A stretch of DNA of 64,000 bases. It comes from Methanobacteriota archaeon. Lineage in GTDB: Archaea; Thermoplasmatota; Poseidoniia; Poseidoniales; Thalassarchaeaceae. The translations under genes and the position numbers were made by a program. Below, one piece after another: positions 40,679-50,950 of the stretch; within the stretch, counting starts at the first letter, position 1; every line of letters starts with the position of its first letter. The stretch covers positions 4,339-68,338 of the forward strand of contig PSPX01000011.1 in assembly GCA_004195715.1 (NCBI GenBank), given 5' to 3'. Under the pieces are notes generated by a model, which was given only the letters and a program-made list of their open reading frames with translations, did no database searches and was not told the DNA's origin.

Positions 40679-41429
40679 TCAGGCGATCGACAACCAGAGC
40701 GATCTCTAGTAGGATCAGCATAGGGCCGCCGACGAGGAAGAGCGAGAGCGGATCAGGAGGGGAGAGCATTGCTCCGACGAGCATTGCTGAGAACCACAGA
40801 ATCTCTCTGTTGTCAGTGATGCTTGAGCGCTCAATCACACCGTATCGAAGCAGCAGTAGAACTGCTAGTGGAACTTGGAATCCGACCACGGAGGCGAAGT
40901 ACAAGCCAACAATGAATCCTATCCATGATTGTAGTTGCCAGGTCGACTCGAGCCCCGCAGCAGCAGCGTCTTCGGACAGGTAATCAAGAAGCATCGGCAC
41001 CAGTATCTCGTGCGCATACATTCCTCCTCCGACACCGAGTCCAAGAGCGCAAACAAGAACAAAGAGCAGTCCACCTAGCCCCCCTCCAATAGGGACGAAT
41101 TTCCTGCGGTAGGCATCAGATAGGATTTTGCGACCGTTCCAACCCATGTCGCAGAGAATCGCTAGGACCACGAGTGCAATGCCGAGATTTGCTGCAATCC
41201 TGAGTCTCAATAGTACAACCTCCATCGGTTGCAAAATGATCACCTGCACACCGTCAGGCAGGTATCCATCGGCCTGCAGGAGCCACTCTATGGCATCACC
41301 AGCGGCGGGGTAGCCACCGATGAGTCCGATCATGAATACTGCCACGAGCAGATACAGTCTGCGAGTCATATGCTCGATGAGCCCGCGAACGGCGGCACGA
41401 GGTAGTACATCGGCTGAGCCCTCGGCCAT
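40665..41429 (-). CDS. tatC: Twin-arginine translocase subunit TatC
   Basis: PME, FQVP, GAMLSPPDPLSL...PMLILLE. Confidence 0.88.
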   Translation of the reverse strand: MAEGSADVLPRAAVRGLIEHMTRRLYLLVAVFMIGLIGGYPAAGDAIEWLLQADGYLPDGVQVIILQPMEVVLLRLRIAANLGIALVVLAILCDMGWNGRKILSDAYRRKFVPIGGGLGGLLFVLVCALGLGVGGGMYAHEILVPMLLDYLSEDAAAAGLESTWQLQSWIGFIVGLYFASVVGFQVPLAVLLLLRYGVIERSSITDNREILWFSAMLVGAMLSPPDPLSLFLVGGPMLILLEIALVVDRLTNRG

Positions 41430-41486
41430 GCTGTGGGTAGGCGTCCTGTTCCTGAATACATCGCAACGCAGACTAGTCTCGCGGAT

Positions 41487-42623
41487 TCATTTCCGCGTGA
41501 TGATTGTCAGTAGATCGTCGTCCTTGAGGACATGGTCCAATCCGACTCTCTGCCAGTCGAACTTTGCACTCGGACCCTTGACTCTGGCGTACCGGAACTT
41601 GCGGACGAAATCACGGTGCAACTTGGTGCAGATATCGCGAACCGTTGAGGTGTCCTTGACTATCAGAGGCTCGATTAGGTCCGCCTCTTGGCCCTGCGGT
41701 TTGAGGTATATCGACATGAAGTGCAAATTATCGAAGATGAAGTCCTTCATCTGGTCGATTCCCTCACCTGTCTTCGCTGAGACCTCTAGCACCGGCCAGC
41801 CCTCCGGCAACCTCGATCTGGATCTTTCAAGGTCGTTCTCGGTAGCTAGGTCGATCTTGTTGAGGACCACGACTGCGCGACTGTAGACGCGACTCCCAGC
41901 CAATGTGTCGACGATGTGGTCGTCGGTTACATCGGTGCGCAGAGTAACCGTTGCAGAGACGATTCCAAAGCTGCGGACTATCTCCCGAATCTCTTGTTCG
42001 GTCAGATTGGTCTGCTCAAGAGTCGACCGCACGACTATTCCTCCCCGCTCCGTCCTCGTGATGAAGACCTGTGGCGGCTGTTGGTTGAGCCTCATTCCTG
42101 ACTTCCATAGCTCTTGGTCCAGTATCTCGAAGTGCGACTTCTGGAAGGGATCCATCACATACAGTACCATGTCTGTGCTGCGAATCACATTGAGGATCTC
42201 GCGTCCCCTGCCTTTCCCTTCAGCCGCCCCCTTGATCAGCCCAGGCAAATCGAGAATCTGGATCTTAGCCCCCCGGTGCTCCATCAATCCAGGGATGCAG
42301 GTCAGTGTGGTGAATGCAAAGTCTCCGATATTCGATTCTGCATCTGTCAACTGGGAGATTAGACTTGACTTACCGACGCTCGGGAAGCCGACCAGTGCGA
42401 CCGACGCGTCGCCTGATTTCTTGACCTCGAAACCCGGCCCGCCACCACTGGACTTGGCATGCGCTTGGGCTTTCTCCTTGCGGGCCTTGAGAGCGGCGAT
42501 TTTTGCCTTGAGCTTGCCAATGTGGCCTTGAGTAGCCTTGTTGTACTTGGTCTTGCTAATCTCATCCTCGAGAGACTTAATCTGTTCCTCTATAGTGGCC
42601 AGTACAATCCCTCCAGCGCCCAT
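41487..42623 (-). CDS. DRG/Rbg family GTPase with TGS domain
   Basis: NKATQGHIGKLKAK, GFPSVGKS, FTTL, DLPGLI, NKID, TGS tail; exact start uncertain. Confidence 0.95.
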   Translation of the reverse strand: MGAGGIVLATIEEQIKSLEDEISKTKYNKATQGHIGKLKAKIAALKARKEKAQAHAKSSGGGPGFEVKKSGDASVALVGFPSVGKSSLISQLTDAESNIGDFAFTTLTCIPGLMEHRGAKIQILDLPGLIKGAAEGKGRGREILNVIRSTDMVLYVMDPFQKSHFEILDQELWKSGMRLNQQPPQVFITRTERGGIVVRSTLEQTNLTEQEIREIVRSFGIVSATVTLRTDVTDDHIVDTLAGSRVYSRAVVVLNKIDLATENDLERSRSRLPEGWPVLEVSAKTGEGIDQMKDFIFDNLHFMSIYLKPQGQEADLIEPLIVKDTSTVRDICTKLHRDFVRKFRYARVKGPSAKFDWQRVGLDHVLKDDDLLTIITRK

Positions 42624-42721
42624 TCGGACGCCACCCACGCCTCGCCCCGGGTTCTTGAATCCGGTGGCGCTTCAGCGCTCGCCGTAGGCGAGCGAGGGTT
42701 CTTTGCGTACCACCGAGTGGT

Positions 42722-43420
42722 GTGTATGGGGCGAGTACTTTGGCCGATATCATCCTCCTTCTAGTCGATCGAGAGGGCTTTGATAGCCTATGTTCGAAGC
42801 CTCTCGGTGAACTGCTACATGGCATGAAAGGTCGTGCCCTCAGGGCGCTACGACCAGAACTGGATGCGCGCTTCCACAGGAGCTTCGATGTCGATATCGA
42901 GGGAGATGTGATGGAGTGGTCGGATACAAAGGACAATCTGGACCTTTCCAAGCCACTCGCTGAGCAGGGATTGGATTCCAAATCGTCCTGCGAACTGGCA
43001 CTAGCACTAGCACGCTGGTGCTCGTTCGGAGAGTGGAGTTGCTGGGATGCCAGACTGTTTCTGTACATCGAGCCGCTTCTAGGCAGAAATCTATCTAGGG
43101 AGGAGTTTCTGAAGCAGCAGGTTTGGTCAGAGTTCTCTGAGTCTCTATCTAGAATAGATAGGGTATCTTACTCGGAGTCAGTGGTGCTTGACTGGATGTC
43201 ACGTCGACAGGGTTTCGGCGAGACGATGGAGCCTTCTGAGGATCCTCGTATATTGCCTACCATGGAGTCCCACCGCAGTGCCAGCGAATCGCTGTTTGAC
43301 TTTCTTTACAGGGTACGCAGTGAGGGACTGTCTATGCTAATCGGCAGAGAGTTCCTAGAGCCGGGACTTTGGAATCTTGACTCTCAGAGTCTGGGCGAGG
43401 TGAGGGGGGTGGCAGCATGA
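42722..43420 (+). CDS. Hypothetical protein
   Basis: 232 aa; stop overlaps the next start (ATGA). Confidence 0.7.
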   Translation: MYGASTLADIILLLVDREGFDSLCSKPLGELLHGMKGRALRALRPELDARFHRSFDVDIEGDVMEWSDTKDNLDLSKPLAEQGLDSKSSCELALALARWCSFGEWSCWDARLFLYIEPLLGRNLSREEFLKQQVWSEFSESLSRIDRVSYSESVVLDWMSRRQGFGETMEPSEDPRILPTMESHRSASESLFDFLYRVRSEGLSMLIGREFLEPGLWNLDSQSLGEVRGVAA

Positions 43421-44031
43421 CAGATCTTCCCATGCACCCGGAGCCACCGGTATCGCCGCCAGATCCTAGCCTAGTAGTTCTAGGACGATTCCAGCCGTTT
43501 CACCACGGTCATGCACTATTAATCAAGGCCGCCGAGGAGTGGCGCAGACTCAATGCTTCAGAGATGCCACTTATCATCGTGATAGGATCTTCTAACAGGC
43601 CAGAGTCAATGGAAAACCCGTGGAGTTCAGCAGAGAGAATTGCAATGCTCAATACATGGTTGGAGGCAGAGGGTATTGTTGATGTTAGCATAGTCTCGGT
43701 TCCGGATATCGAGGATCCGCCTAACTGGGTAGTTCACGCTGAAATGTATCACGGAGCAGCCGGCGTCTTCTTCACCAGCGACATCCCTTCAGCAGAGCTC
43801 TACGAGACTGCTGGTTGGCCCGTCGTAATGACGTCACTAGAGCAGCGAGACAGCTTCGAGGGATGGCGAGTCAGGGAGACAGCGAGGATGATGTCGACCG
43901 TGGATGATGAGGAAGCAGTGCGCAGTGTCTTATCACACTCTATTCCGTTAGTGGTTGTCGAACATCTCATCAGTTGCAATGCATTGAGGCGCCTCGCCTT
44001 CCTCGGCGAAGGCGGTGAACCGGTTGGCTAA
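43417..44031 (+). CDS. nadM: Nicotinamide-nucleotide adenylyltransferase
   Basis: GRFQPFHHGH, IGSS...NPWS..ER. Confidence 0.88.
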   Translation: MTDLPMHPEPPVSPPDPSLVVLGRFQPFHHGHALLIKAAEEWRRLNASEMPLIIVIGSSNRPESMENPWSSAERIAMLNTWLEAEGIVDVSIVSVPDIEDPPNWVVHAEMYHGAAGVFFTSDIPSAELYETAGWPVVMTSLEQRDSFEGWRVRETARMMSTVDDEEAVRSVLSHSIPLVVVEHLISCNALRRLAFLGEGGEPVG

Positions 44032-46104
44032 TCACCAGACGCCTTCAAAGGTACACGAGTCGTTGCACGTGTCGATGATAATCCCTGAGTCAAGATACTC
44101 AAAGGCCATGTTGTAGGCCTCAGGAACTCCTAAAATCTGTCCATGGGCATTAGAGTGGTAGTCCAATGATCCAGCTAGATTGCCGATTGGGACCTCGGGG
44201 AAACCTCCATCGAAGTACACGACCCCCGATCCCTCGATTGGTCCGCTTTCCAACTGTACTCCCCAAGGGTGCCAAGGAGAGGATTGCAGGTTCGAGATTC
44301 CTGCCGTTCTAACAGCCCGGTCGCAACTCAAAGTCGATACTTGGAAATCGTTCATCGAGGTGATGTAGAGCATTTGGAACGGTTGAATCAATCCCTCGAG
44401 ACCATTCTCGTGGTATGGCAAGAAAGTCTCAGCATCTAGGGAATCCCATATTGATTGCAGTGCAGCAATCATGATTCCCCTATCGTTCCTAGAAGGGTAT
44501 GCTATGCTCTCGGCAAAGAGCATCTCGAAGGTGATGTAGTGAGTTGACCTCTCTATCTGCTGAGAGAAAGATGAGCCTCCAACCCAAAGTACCCCGCGAT
44601 CTACTTCGGGAACCATGCTCATCAGAGCGGGCCCACGCAGACCTCCAAACGATATTCCCCAATAATCAACATTTGATCCATCTACTAAATTGATGCCTTC
44701 GTGGACGAACTCTTGAAGGTCAGCACACACACCAGTAAATGTTCTAATCATGGCTAGGTTGTTGACGATGGACTGCATATGACGCTCGTGCTGGTGCTGG
44801 AAGTACTCGACATTAATCAGCGAGTAGGTCAGAGCATCGAAATCGCCATCAGAACTCCACCCCTTCCAATCAGTCGCTAACATTACTCTCCCAGTAAGAT
44901 TGGCGAATTCCCGACTCCCACCGGCCATCCCATCACCGTCGCCCATGAATCCGTGACCCAGGACAGTCAGGAGTCCCGAACGTCCCTCATCAGCAAGAAC
45001 CTGCGGGATGAGTATAGTGAAGACCACTTCTCTGACATCGATAAATTCAGGGGCACCGCTTGAATCTCTCCGCATCTCTGCAGGAGGGTAGTCTGACTCC
45101 ATGTATTGAGGGGTACTGAATGTCCCTCGGATAAGTCGGAAAGTGGAATTGTCCTCGCCGTAGTTTTCGACGACCTCGGTGATGTTGCAGCGTATTCCCT
45201 CGTCTCCAAGCCTCTGAGATGCATCATCACGCATAGAGACCATATCTTGCAGGATGGAAGCTGTTGAAGCGGTGTGGAAGAACCACGCAGCCTGCAGACT
45301 CGTCCTTTCTGCGCCCGCGTCGCCTAGGGCATCAAACAGCCCTTCGTACTGGTCTCGCTGTGACTCAATTTGTGGTGAGTCGGTGGTCAGGCCGTCCCTT
45401 AGTGCGACAAAAGCATCAGAACCCTCAATCGAAATGCCCTCTGAATCTACTAGATTTCGGTACGCAACGCCATAGGATGCATCGTGGTCGAGACCGCTAA
45501 TCGGGCGGACATAAACGAAGGTCGGCTCGTCATCTTGGCTCCTCATGTCAATTTCGACCCAGTGCGGTAGGAGCTCTCCCGTATCGAGGTTCATCAGCAA
45601 AGTGCTGTGCGCTGAGTCGAGGGATTCTGCGATACTGTACTGGCCAGCCATGCCGGAAACGTCTGGAGTAGAATCGAATGTGGTGAATATCTGAGTGGAG
45701 GGACTGTAGCCGTCCAATCTGTTGAGCATGTGGAACTCATCAGTTGGCCCTGAACCTGAATCGGGAATCGCCTCACCCGGTATATGCAATCTGTAACCCG
45801 TTGCCATAGTTTCGTCGTCTACAAGGAAAGCAGGTGCCGGAAAGGGAAGCATACAGTGGTGCGGATTGGTATCATCGCAGAATTCTGACTGCGAGGTCAG
45901 TCTCACATCGGGTTCCGGTTCCGGTTCGGGGTAGACGCAGGATCTGTCGGACACAGTCGCATCTGGGTTGTAGTTCTCCGCAGACTGGTCCATGCAACCT
46001 GCAATCTCTTCAGGCTCCTCCTCAATCTCTCCTCCAGTGCAGCCGGACAGCAGCATGGAAATCACAAGTAAAATCGCTATTCTAGACTTAGAGTTGCCAT
46101 TCAT
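44032..46104 (-). CDS. Lipoprotein, alpha/beta-hydrolase (lipase-like)
   Basis: LSGC lipobox, GCMD..AENYNP.A...C repeat, LPFP, LDGYSP, GHG, nucleophile GISFG, C-terminal His. Confidence 0.78.
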   Translation of the reverse strand: MNGNSKSRIAILLVISMLLSGCTGGEIEEEPEEIAGCMDQSAENYNPDATVSDRSCVYPEPEPEPDVRLTSQSEFCDDTNPHHCMLPFPAPAFLVDDETMATGYRLHIPGEAIPDSGSGPTDEFHMLNRLDGYSPSTQIFTTFDSTPDVSGMAGQYSIAESLDSAHSTLLMNLDTGELLPHWVEIDMRSQDDEPTFVYVRPISGLDHDASYGVAYRNLVDSEGISIEGSDAFVALRDGLTTDSPQIESQRDQYEGLFDALGDAGAERTSLQAAWFFHTASTASILQDMVSMRDDASQRLGDEGIRCNITEVVENYGEDNSTFRLIRGTFSTPQYMESDYPPAEMRRDSSGAPEFIDVREVVFTILIPQVLADEGRSGLLTVLGHGFMGDGDGMAGGSREFANLTGRVMLATDWKGWSSDGDFDALTYSLINVEYFQHQHERHMQSIVNNLAMIRTFTGVCADLQEFVHEGINLVDGSNVDYWGISFGGLRGPALMSMVPEVDRGVLWVGGSSFSQQIERSTHYITFEMLFAESIAYPSRNDRGIMIAALQSIWDSLDAETFLPYHENGLEGLIQPFQMLYITSMNDFQVSTLSCDRAVRTAGISNLQSSPWHPWGVQLESGPIEGSGVVYFDGGFPEVPIGNLAGSLDYHSNAHGQILGVPEAYNMAFEYLDSGIIIDTCNDSCTFEGVW

Positions 46105-46141
46105 CTTCCTTTGTGAGGCTCTGAGTAGTTATGAACTATCG

Positions 46142-47206
46142 TTAGGATGCGAGTATCCTGTGGAAGTGGTGAACCCCCGTCTCTTTTGTAGGGGAATATC
46201 GCCCCCTATCATACACTCCTGCTGCCACTCCTCTCTGTGTGGCCTCGACGATTCCCTGATCCTCGCCCTCTACCTTGTCAAGATCCCCCCCTGCTCCCAT
46301 TCCGAGCTTCGAAGAATCCCATACAAAGCCGTGGTAGACTATTCTGGTGCGGTCTACTGAGAGGGGGGTGATGATATTGACAGACAGCCCCCATGGGTAG
46401 AAGTTCAGCATCACACCAGGGTAGAGCCAGTAGTAGTAGGCTGCAATTCGCTGCCCATGGTCGGGCGATGAATCGGGCAGTTCGAAGCATGACTCGTTAC
46501 TGCGGGCGATGCCAATCTGCAGAACACCTCCCTCAAAAAGCTCAGTCCGGTATGAGTCATAGTCAAGCTCCTCATGCAAATCACCGTGGACGTAAGGAAT
46601 GTGAAATCCCTCGAGGTAGTTGTCAACATAGAGTGCCCAATTCGCATCGATGTCGTACGAGCGGTGGCGCGAAGGGTCATGCTGGAATGACTCAATGGGC
46701 ATCCATCCAATCCGCGACTCCAGTTCTTCAAGGCAATCTTCGAAGCGGTTCGGTTTGGTCCCAGCAAAGAGAAGCCCCTTCCAGCGCTTCAGGGCGAAAG
46801 CAGCGAGATTGTCTGAAGGGCTGGGAAAATCCTCCACCTCATCGAACTCTGGCATGTTTCGAAAGCAACCGTCTAAACCGAATGTGCGGCCGTGGTAACC
46901 ACAGCGAAGAGTCGAGGCATTGCACGCCTCAGTGGCCACCAGCATCCCGCGATGGGTACAGACGTTGGAAAGACACCTGACAGCATTATCATGGGCGAGC
47001 AGCATTGGTTCGCCCACTAGACTCTCCATGTGTTCGAGAGGGAGAACGTTGTGCTTTCCCAATTGACTCTCGTGAGCAGCGAAGTGCCAGCAATCCGCGA
47101 ATCCACCTACTATTTCTGAGAAAACTTCCTCATTGGTGTAGTAACGCGAGGGAAGCGTCCGCGCCTTCTTGATATCGGGGTCAATCACTCCACTGTCCGG
47201 CATCAC
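46142..47206 (-). CDS. Rieske oxygenase alpha subunit (choline monooxygenase-like)
   Basis: CTH...CGYH Rieske motif, NYLEGFHIPYVH mononuclear iron motif. Confidence 0.9.
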   Translation of the reverse strand: MMPDSGVIDPDIKKARTLPSRYYTNEEVFSEIVGGFADCWHFAAHESQLGKHNVLPLEHMESLVGEPMLLAHDNAVRCLSNVCTHRGMLVATEACNASTLRCGYHGRTFGLDGCFRNMPEFDEVEDFPSPSDNLAAFALKRWKGLLFAGTKPNRFEDCLEELESRIGWMPIESFQHDPSRHRSYDIDANWALYVDNYLEGFHIPYVHGDLHEELDYDSYRTELFEGGVLQIGIARSNESCFELPDSSPDHGQRIAAYYYWLYPGVMLNFYPWGLSVNIITPLSVDRTRIVYHGFVWDSSKLGMGAGGDLDKVEGEDQGIVEATQRGVAAGVYDRGRYSPTKETGVHHFHRILAS

Positions 47207-47700
47207 TCACCCTCGGCCACTATCACTCTAGCAGCGCGGAGGACACGGTCATGGTACATGTAACCGACCTCGATAACTTCGATGACGCTACCCGGCTCGC
47301 TGCCCTCTGGGACTGGAACTGTTGCAATCGCCTCCATCATCGTGGGGTCGAATGCAGATTCGACCTCGATTTGGCTCACTCCTTCGGCCTCCAGAGCCGC
47401 CTTGGCTCCCCCGAGAGTGAGTCTGACCCCTTCGCTGAGGGCATCTGAATCATCTCCGTTAGTAGCTTCTAGGGCCTTCTCGAGACTGTCAACAAGAGGA
47501 AGCATCCTCAGCGCCATCGACATCCCTCCGTAACGCATCGCCTCGGACCGCTCCCTTGCGGCCCTCTGTCTCACATTGACCATCTCTGCAGCGGAGTACT
47601 GGAGCTCTTTCTCGAGTTCTGCTACTCTGGCTCCCAGATCCTCAATCGGGTCGGACTCTTCGTCCTGCTCGACAGCCTCGTCGCCAGCGTCGTCTGTCAC
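47203..47700 (-). CDS. grpE: Nucleotide exchange factor GrpE
   Basis: AEMVNVRQR, FDPTMMEAI, GYMYHDRVLRAARV. Confidence 0.93.
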   Translation of the reverse strand: MTDDAGDEAVEQDEESDPIEDLGARVAELEKELQYSAAEMVNVRQRAARERSEAMRYGGMSMALRMLPLVDSLEKALEATNGDDSDALSEGVRLTLGGAKAALEAEGVSQIEVESAFDPTMMEAIATVPVPEGSEPGSVIEVIEVGYMYHDRVLRAARVIVAEGE

Positions 47701-47741
47701 GCTATCGCGTCCTGTGGCCCATTCAATAATCCAATGGTATT

Positions 47742-49520
47742 CTATTCAGCATAGAAGTACTCTCCCTTGGCCTTCTGTTCTCGGTCCTTGACACTCCCAG
47801 GTTTGTTAATCCGGGGTCTGTGGGAGTCATGGTCACGACGGAAGGTGACGTCCACGTCAGACAAGAAGCGGTTCATCCCCCTGCGTAGACTGAGAGGGCC
47901 AACGGCGTTGCCGTTACTGCCGCCCTCACCATCGAAAACCAGAAGAGAGTCACTGACGATGTCGATGAAGTAGATGTCATGGTCAATTACCATGGCGGCC
48001 TTCTCGTTGCTCTCCATGGTCCTGCGGATAGCCTTGGCTGTCTCCATCCTAGCGTTGGCATCTAGGTGCGCGCTCGGCTCGTCGAGTAAGTATAGGTCCG
48101 CCTCCTTACCGAGGCAGATGGTGATGCTTACTGCCTGGAGCTCACCACCGGAGAGTTTCTTGGCCTGTAACTCCAGCATCTTGTCGACCTGCAGAGTTCG
48201 AACTACCTGTGTGTGGAACTCCCCAGTGCGCCACTTGTTGCCCAGTTCGGTGTCGAGCCAGTCTTGAACAGTCCCGTCGAAGTCGGCGCTGACGTGCTGG
48301 GGCTTGTAGGATACCTTGGCATCCATTGTGCACCATCCTTCGTCAGGGTCCATCTCTCCAGCGATGATTCTGACCATCGTGGTCTTCCCGGTGGCGTTGG
48401 GGCCTACGACACCTACCACCTCGGCTGACTTGACCTCGCCCTCTCCAGTCTTGAGGTGGAAATCGCCAAGCGTCTTCTCGATGCCGCCCCATTTCAGAAT
48501 CGGCGCGCCGACCCCCTCTCCCCTAGTACGGCCACGTAGGAACTGTATCGGCTTCTCACGAATCCTGATGTTCTCTTCAGGAAGAAAACCGTCTAGATAG
48601 GCGTTGATTGCAGTGCGCGTCGAACGTGGGGGGGTGAAGATTCCGTAAGCTGCGCGCTCACCGTAAACCACGTGCAGCAGGTCACACAACACATCGAGGA
48701 TTGCTAGGTCGTGCTCAACGACTAGGACACGCTTGCCGCGCTCGGCCAGATTCTGAATAATTCTAACCATCCTTATCCTCTCGTGGATGTCGAGATACGA
48801 GGACGGCTCGTCAAAGAAGTAGACATCAGCCTCCTTGAGAAGAGTGGCGCATAGTGCCACGCGTTGTAGTTCCCCGCCCGACAGAGCGCCGAGCTTACGG
48901 TCGAGCACGTGATTAATCGCTAGTAGGGTTGTGTAATCGACCAACTCACCACGGTCATCCACCTTCTCGAGCAGCTCGCGCACAGTACCTTCAAAGATCT
49001 TCGGCAGTTTGTCGATGTACTGTGGCTTGACAGCGATTGACACCCCCTCTTCAGCGACCATTCCAAGGTAATCGCGCAATTCTCCGCGTGGAAACGATTC
49101 GAGAACCTCGGACCAGTCTCGAGAGTTCACAGTCCAGTCACCTAGATTGGGCTGGATGGTTCCGGCGAGTAGGTTTACTGCGGTCGATTTCCCCATCCCG
49201 TTGGGGCCTAGAATTCCTACCACCTGCTCCTCGCGGGGAGCGGGCAACCTGAACAGACGAAAACCGTTCTCGCCGTAGCGATGTGTCATCTCACCGTCGA
49301 GTTCTTCGGGCAGATTGGTGATAATGAGGGCGTCGAATGGACACTTGACAACGCAAATGCCGCAACCTATGCACAGGGCCTCCGAGACCAGCGGCTTGCC
49401 GCTGGAGTCGTCAAGGACAATGCATTCGATGCCGTTGCGCACCGGCGGGCAGAATGCCCAACATTCGGCGTTGCACTTCTTCGGTTGGCAACGATCCTCC
49501 AACAGAACTGCTACCCTCAT
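47742..49520 (-). CDS. rli: Ribosome recycling ATPase ABCE1/RLI
   Basis: N-terminal 4Fe-4S Cys motifs, two NBDs with LSGGELQ, FRRD..SHRPRINK. Confidence 0.97.
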   Translation of the reverse strand: MRVAVLLEDRCQPKKCNAECWAFCPPVRNGIECIVLDDSSGKPLVSEALCIGCGICVVKCPFDALIITNLPEELDGEMTHRYGENGFRLFRLPAPREEQVVGILGPNGMGKSTAVNLLAGTIQPNLGDWTVNSRDWSEVLESFPRGELRDYLGMVAEEGVSIAVKPQYIDKLPKIFEGTVRELLEKVDDRGELVDYTTLLAINHVLDRKLGALSGGELQRVALCATLLKEADVYFFDEPSSYLDIHERIRMVRIIQNLAERGKRVLVVEHDLAILDVLCDLLHVVYGERAAYGIFTPPRSTRTAINAYLDGFLPEENIRIREKPIQFLRGRTRGEGVGAPILKWGGIEKTLGDFHLKTGEGEVKSAEVVGVVGPNATGKTTMVRIIAGEMDPDEGWCTMDAKVSYKPQHVSADFDGTVQDWLDTELGNKWRTGEFHTQVVRTLQVDKMLELQAKKLSGGELQAVSITICLGKEADLYLLDEPSAHLDANARMETAKAIRRTMESNEKAAMVIDHDIYFIDIVSDSLLVFDGEGGSNGNAVGPLSLRRGMNRFLSDVDVTFRRDHDSHRPRINKPGSVKDREQKAKGEYFYAE

Positions 49521-49588
49521 GCTTCTTTCCCCGTTGCGAATCGCTCAATACTTCTTCTGTGTGGCTTGCCATAGGCAGCCGCTTCTCC

Positions 49589-50839
49589 TCAGAGTACGAG
49601 GAAGCGGTAGCGCACGTACACGTACGCGGCGAAGACCATCTTCTCGGTCTTGCTGAGTTGGATTCTTTCGGTGAAGACATCACCATTCTTCTTCTGAATC
49701 TTCTTGAGGATGGACTGGTAGAATGTCGCCATTGCAGCAGGGGAATAGCGAGATGATCTGTCAAGCATAGGAAATAGTTTGAACGCCTTTTCGCGGTACC
49801 CGTCGCACCTCTCGATGTACTCATCTACGAAAGGCTTCCATCCGGGGTGCTTGAGTAGCTCCTTACCGCTCTTCACATCATCTTCGGTGATGCCGAATCG
49901 GGCAAGGTCGTCGAGAGGCAAGTAGATCCTGTCGCGCTCGGCATCCTCGGCGACGTCACGTAGGATGTTGGTAAGTTGCATGAAGACCCCCCATGACTCA
50001 GCATACTCACGGGCCCGCTGGTCGTCGTAGCCGTAGATCTCGATGCACACGAGGCCGACAGTAGAGGCGACCCGGTAGCAATATGAGTAGAGGTCCTCGA
50101 AGGTCTGGTAGCGGTTGCGATGGAAGTCATCTTCCATCCCGCTGACCATGTCGTCCAGCAACTGCCGATGGATTCCAAAGGTCTCGACGGTGTCTTTCAT
50201 CGCCATAAAAATGGGATCAGTTGAGGTAATCTCGCCGTATGCAGTGGAGAGTTTCTTTCTGTAATAGAACAACTGTGACATCTTGTCGTTGTAGGCCGAT
50301 CTGTCTACGACCGGCCTGCCCGGACTGAGCAGTTCGATCTTGGACCTGTAGTCAACCGACTCAGGCTCGTCCGATGAGCCGCCTGGGAATACATCCACGT
50401 AGTCTCCGTCGGCGATGTCGTCAGCACGTCGGCAGAACGCATAGTAGGCCATTATGGCCCGCCGCTCAAGATTTGGCAGATACTTGAACGAGTGGTAAAA
50501 GTTGCCCGCCTCTCTCCTAGTGAGTTCCTCACAGTAGTCGTAAGCAGTCTCCGTCATCTCGTCAGGAACATCCGGTTCGGTCCATATTGCCGCGTCGATG
50601 TGTCTGAATGGATTGACTAACTCGCCACGAGATCCGATAACTCCCATGAATATGGCCCCCTCCCTCACTGCCTCAAGGGCGGTGATGCTGATTGCACGGG
50701 CTGCCTCCTTGGTCAGGCTGACAGTCGAACGCACCCTCTCGATACCTCTTGCTGGCTCATCGGCCTCGTACAGGGATATGCTCTGCCCGGCGCCGTATTC
50801 GGCTGTTGTGGCCGAATCTGAATCCTGACGCTGAGTCAT
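49589..50839 (-). CDS. Phytoene/presqualene diphosphate synthase (CrtB/HpnD-like)
   Basis: GNFY, YAFCRRADDIAD, YCYRVASTVG, QLTNILRDVAED...RIYLP. Confidence 0.88.
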   Translation of the reverse strand: MTQRQDSDSATTAEYGAGQSISLYEADEPARGIERVRSTVSLTKEAARAISITALEAVREGAIFMGVIGSRGELVNPFRHIDAAIWTEPDVPDEMTETAYDYCEELTRREAGNFYHSFKYLPNLERRAIMAYYAFCRRADDIADGDYVDVFPGGSSDEPESVDYRSKIELLSPGRPVVDRSAYNDKMSQLFYYRKKLSTAYGEITSTDPIFMAMKDTVETFGIHRQLLDDMVSGMEDDFHRNRYQTFEDLYSYCYRVASTVGLVCIEIYGYDDQRAREYAESWGVFMQLTNILRDVAEDAERDRIYLPLDDLARFGITEDDVKSGKELLKHPGWKPFVDEYIERCDGYREKAFKLFPMLDRSSRYSPAAMATFYQSILKKIQKKNGDVFTERIQLSKTEKMVFAAYVYVRYRFLVL

Positions 50840-50950
50840 GCTATTCCCGAGTCGAGCGATTGCAGCCTGCCTTTGAACCTCTCCCTCGTGCGCGCGGACC
50901 ACGCGTCATGCGGCCCTAAGGGCCGCAGTGAAACGTTTTCCTCAACTGCC

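Noticed and set aside
45910-45931. GGTTCC microrepeat (similar at ~12050-12070)
   Set aside because: Encodes Pro-Glu linkers in surface proteins.
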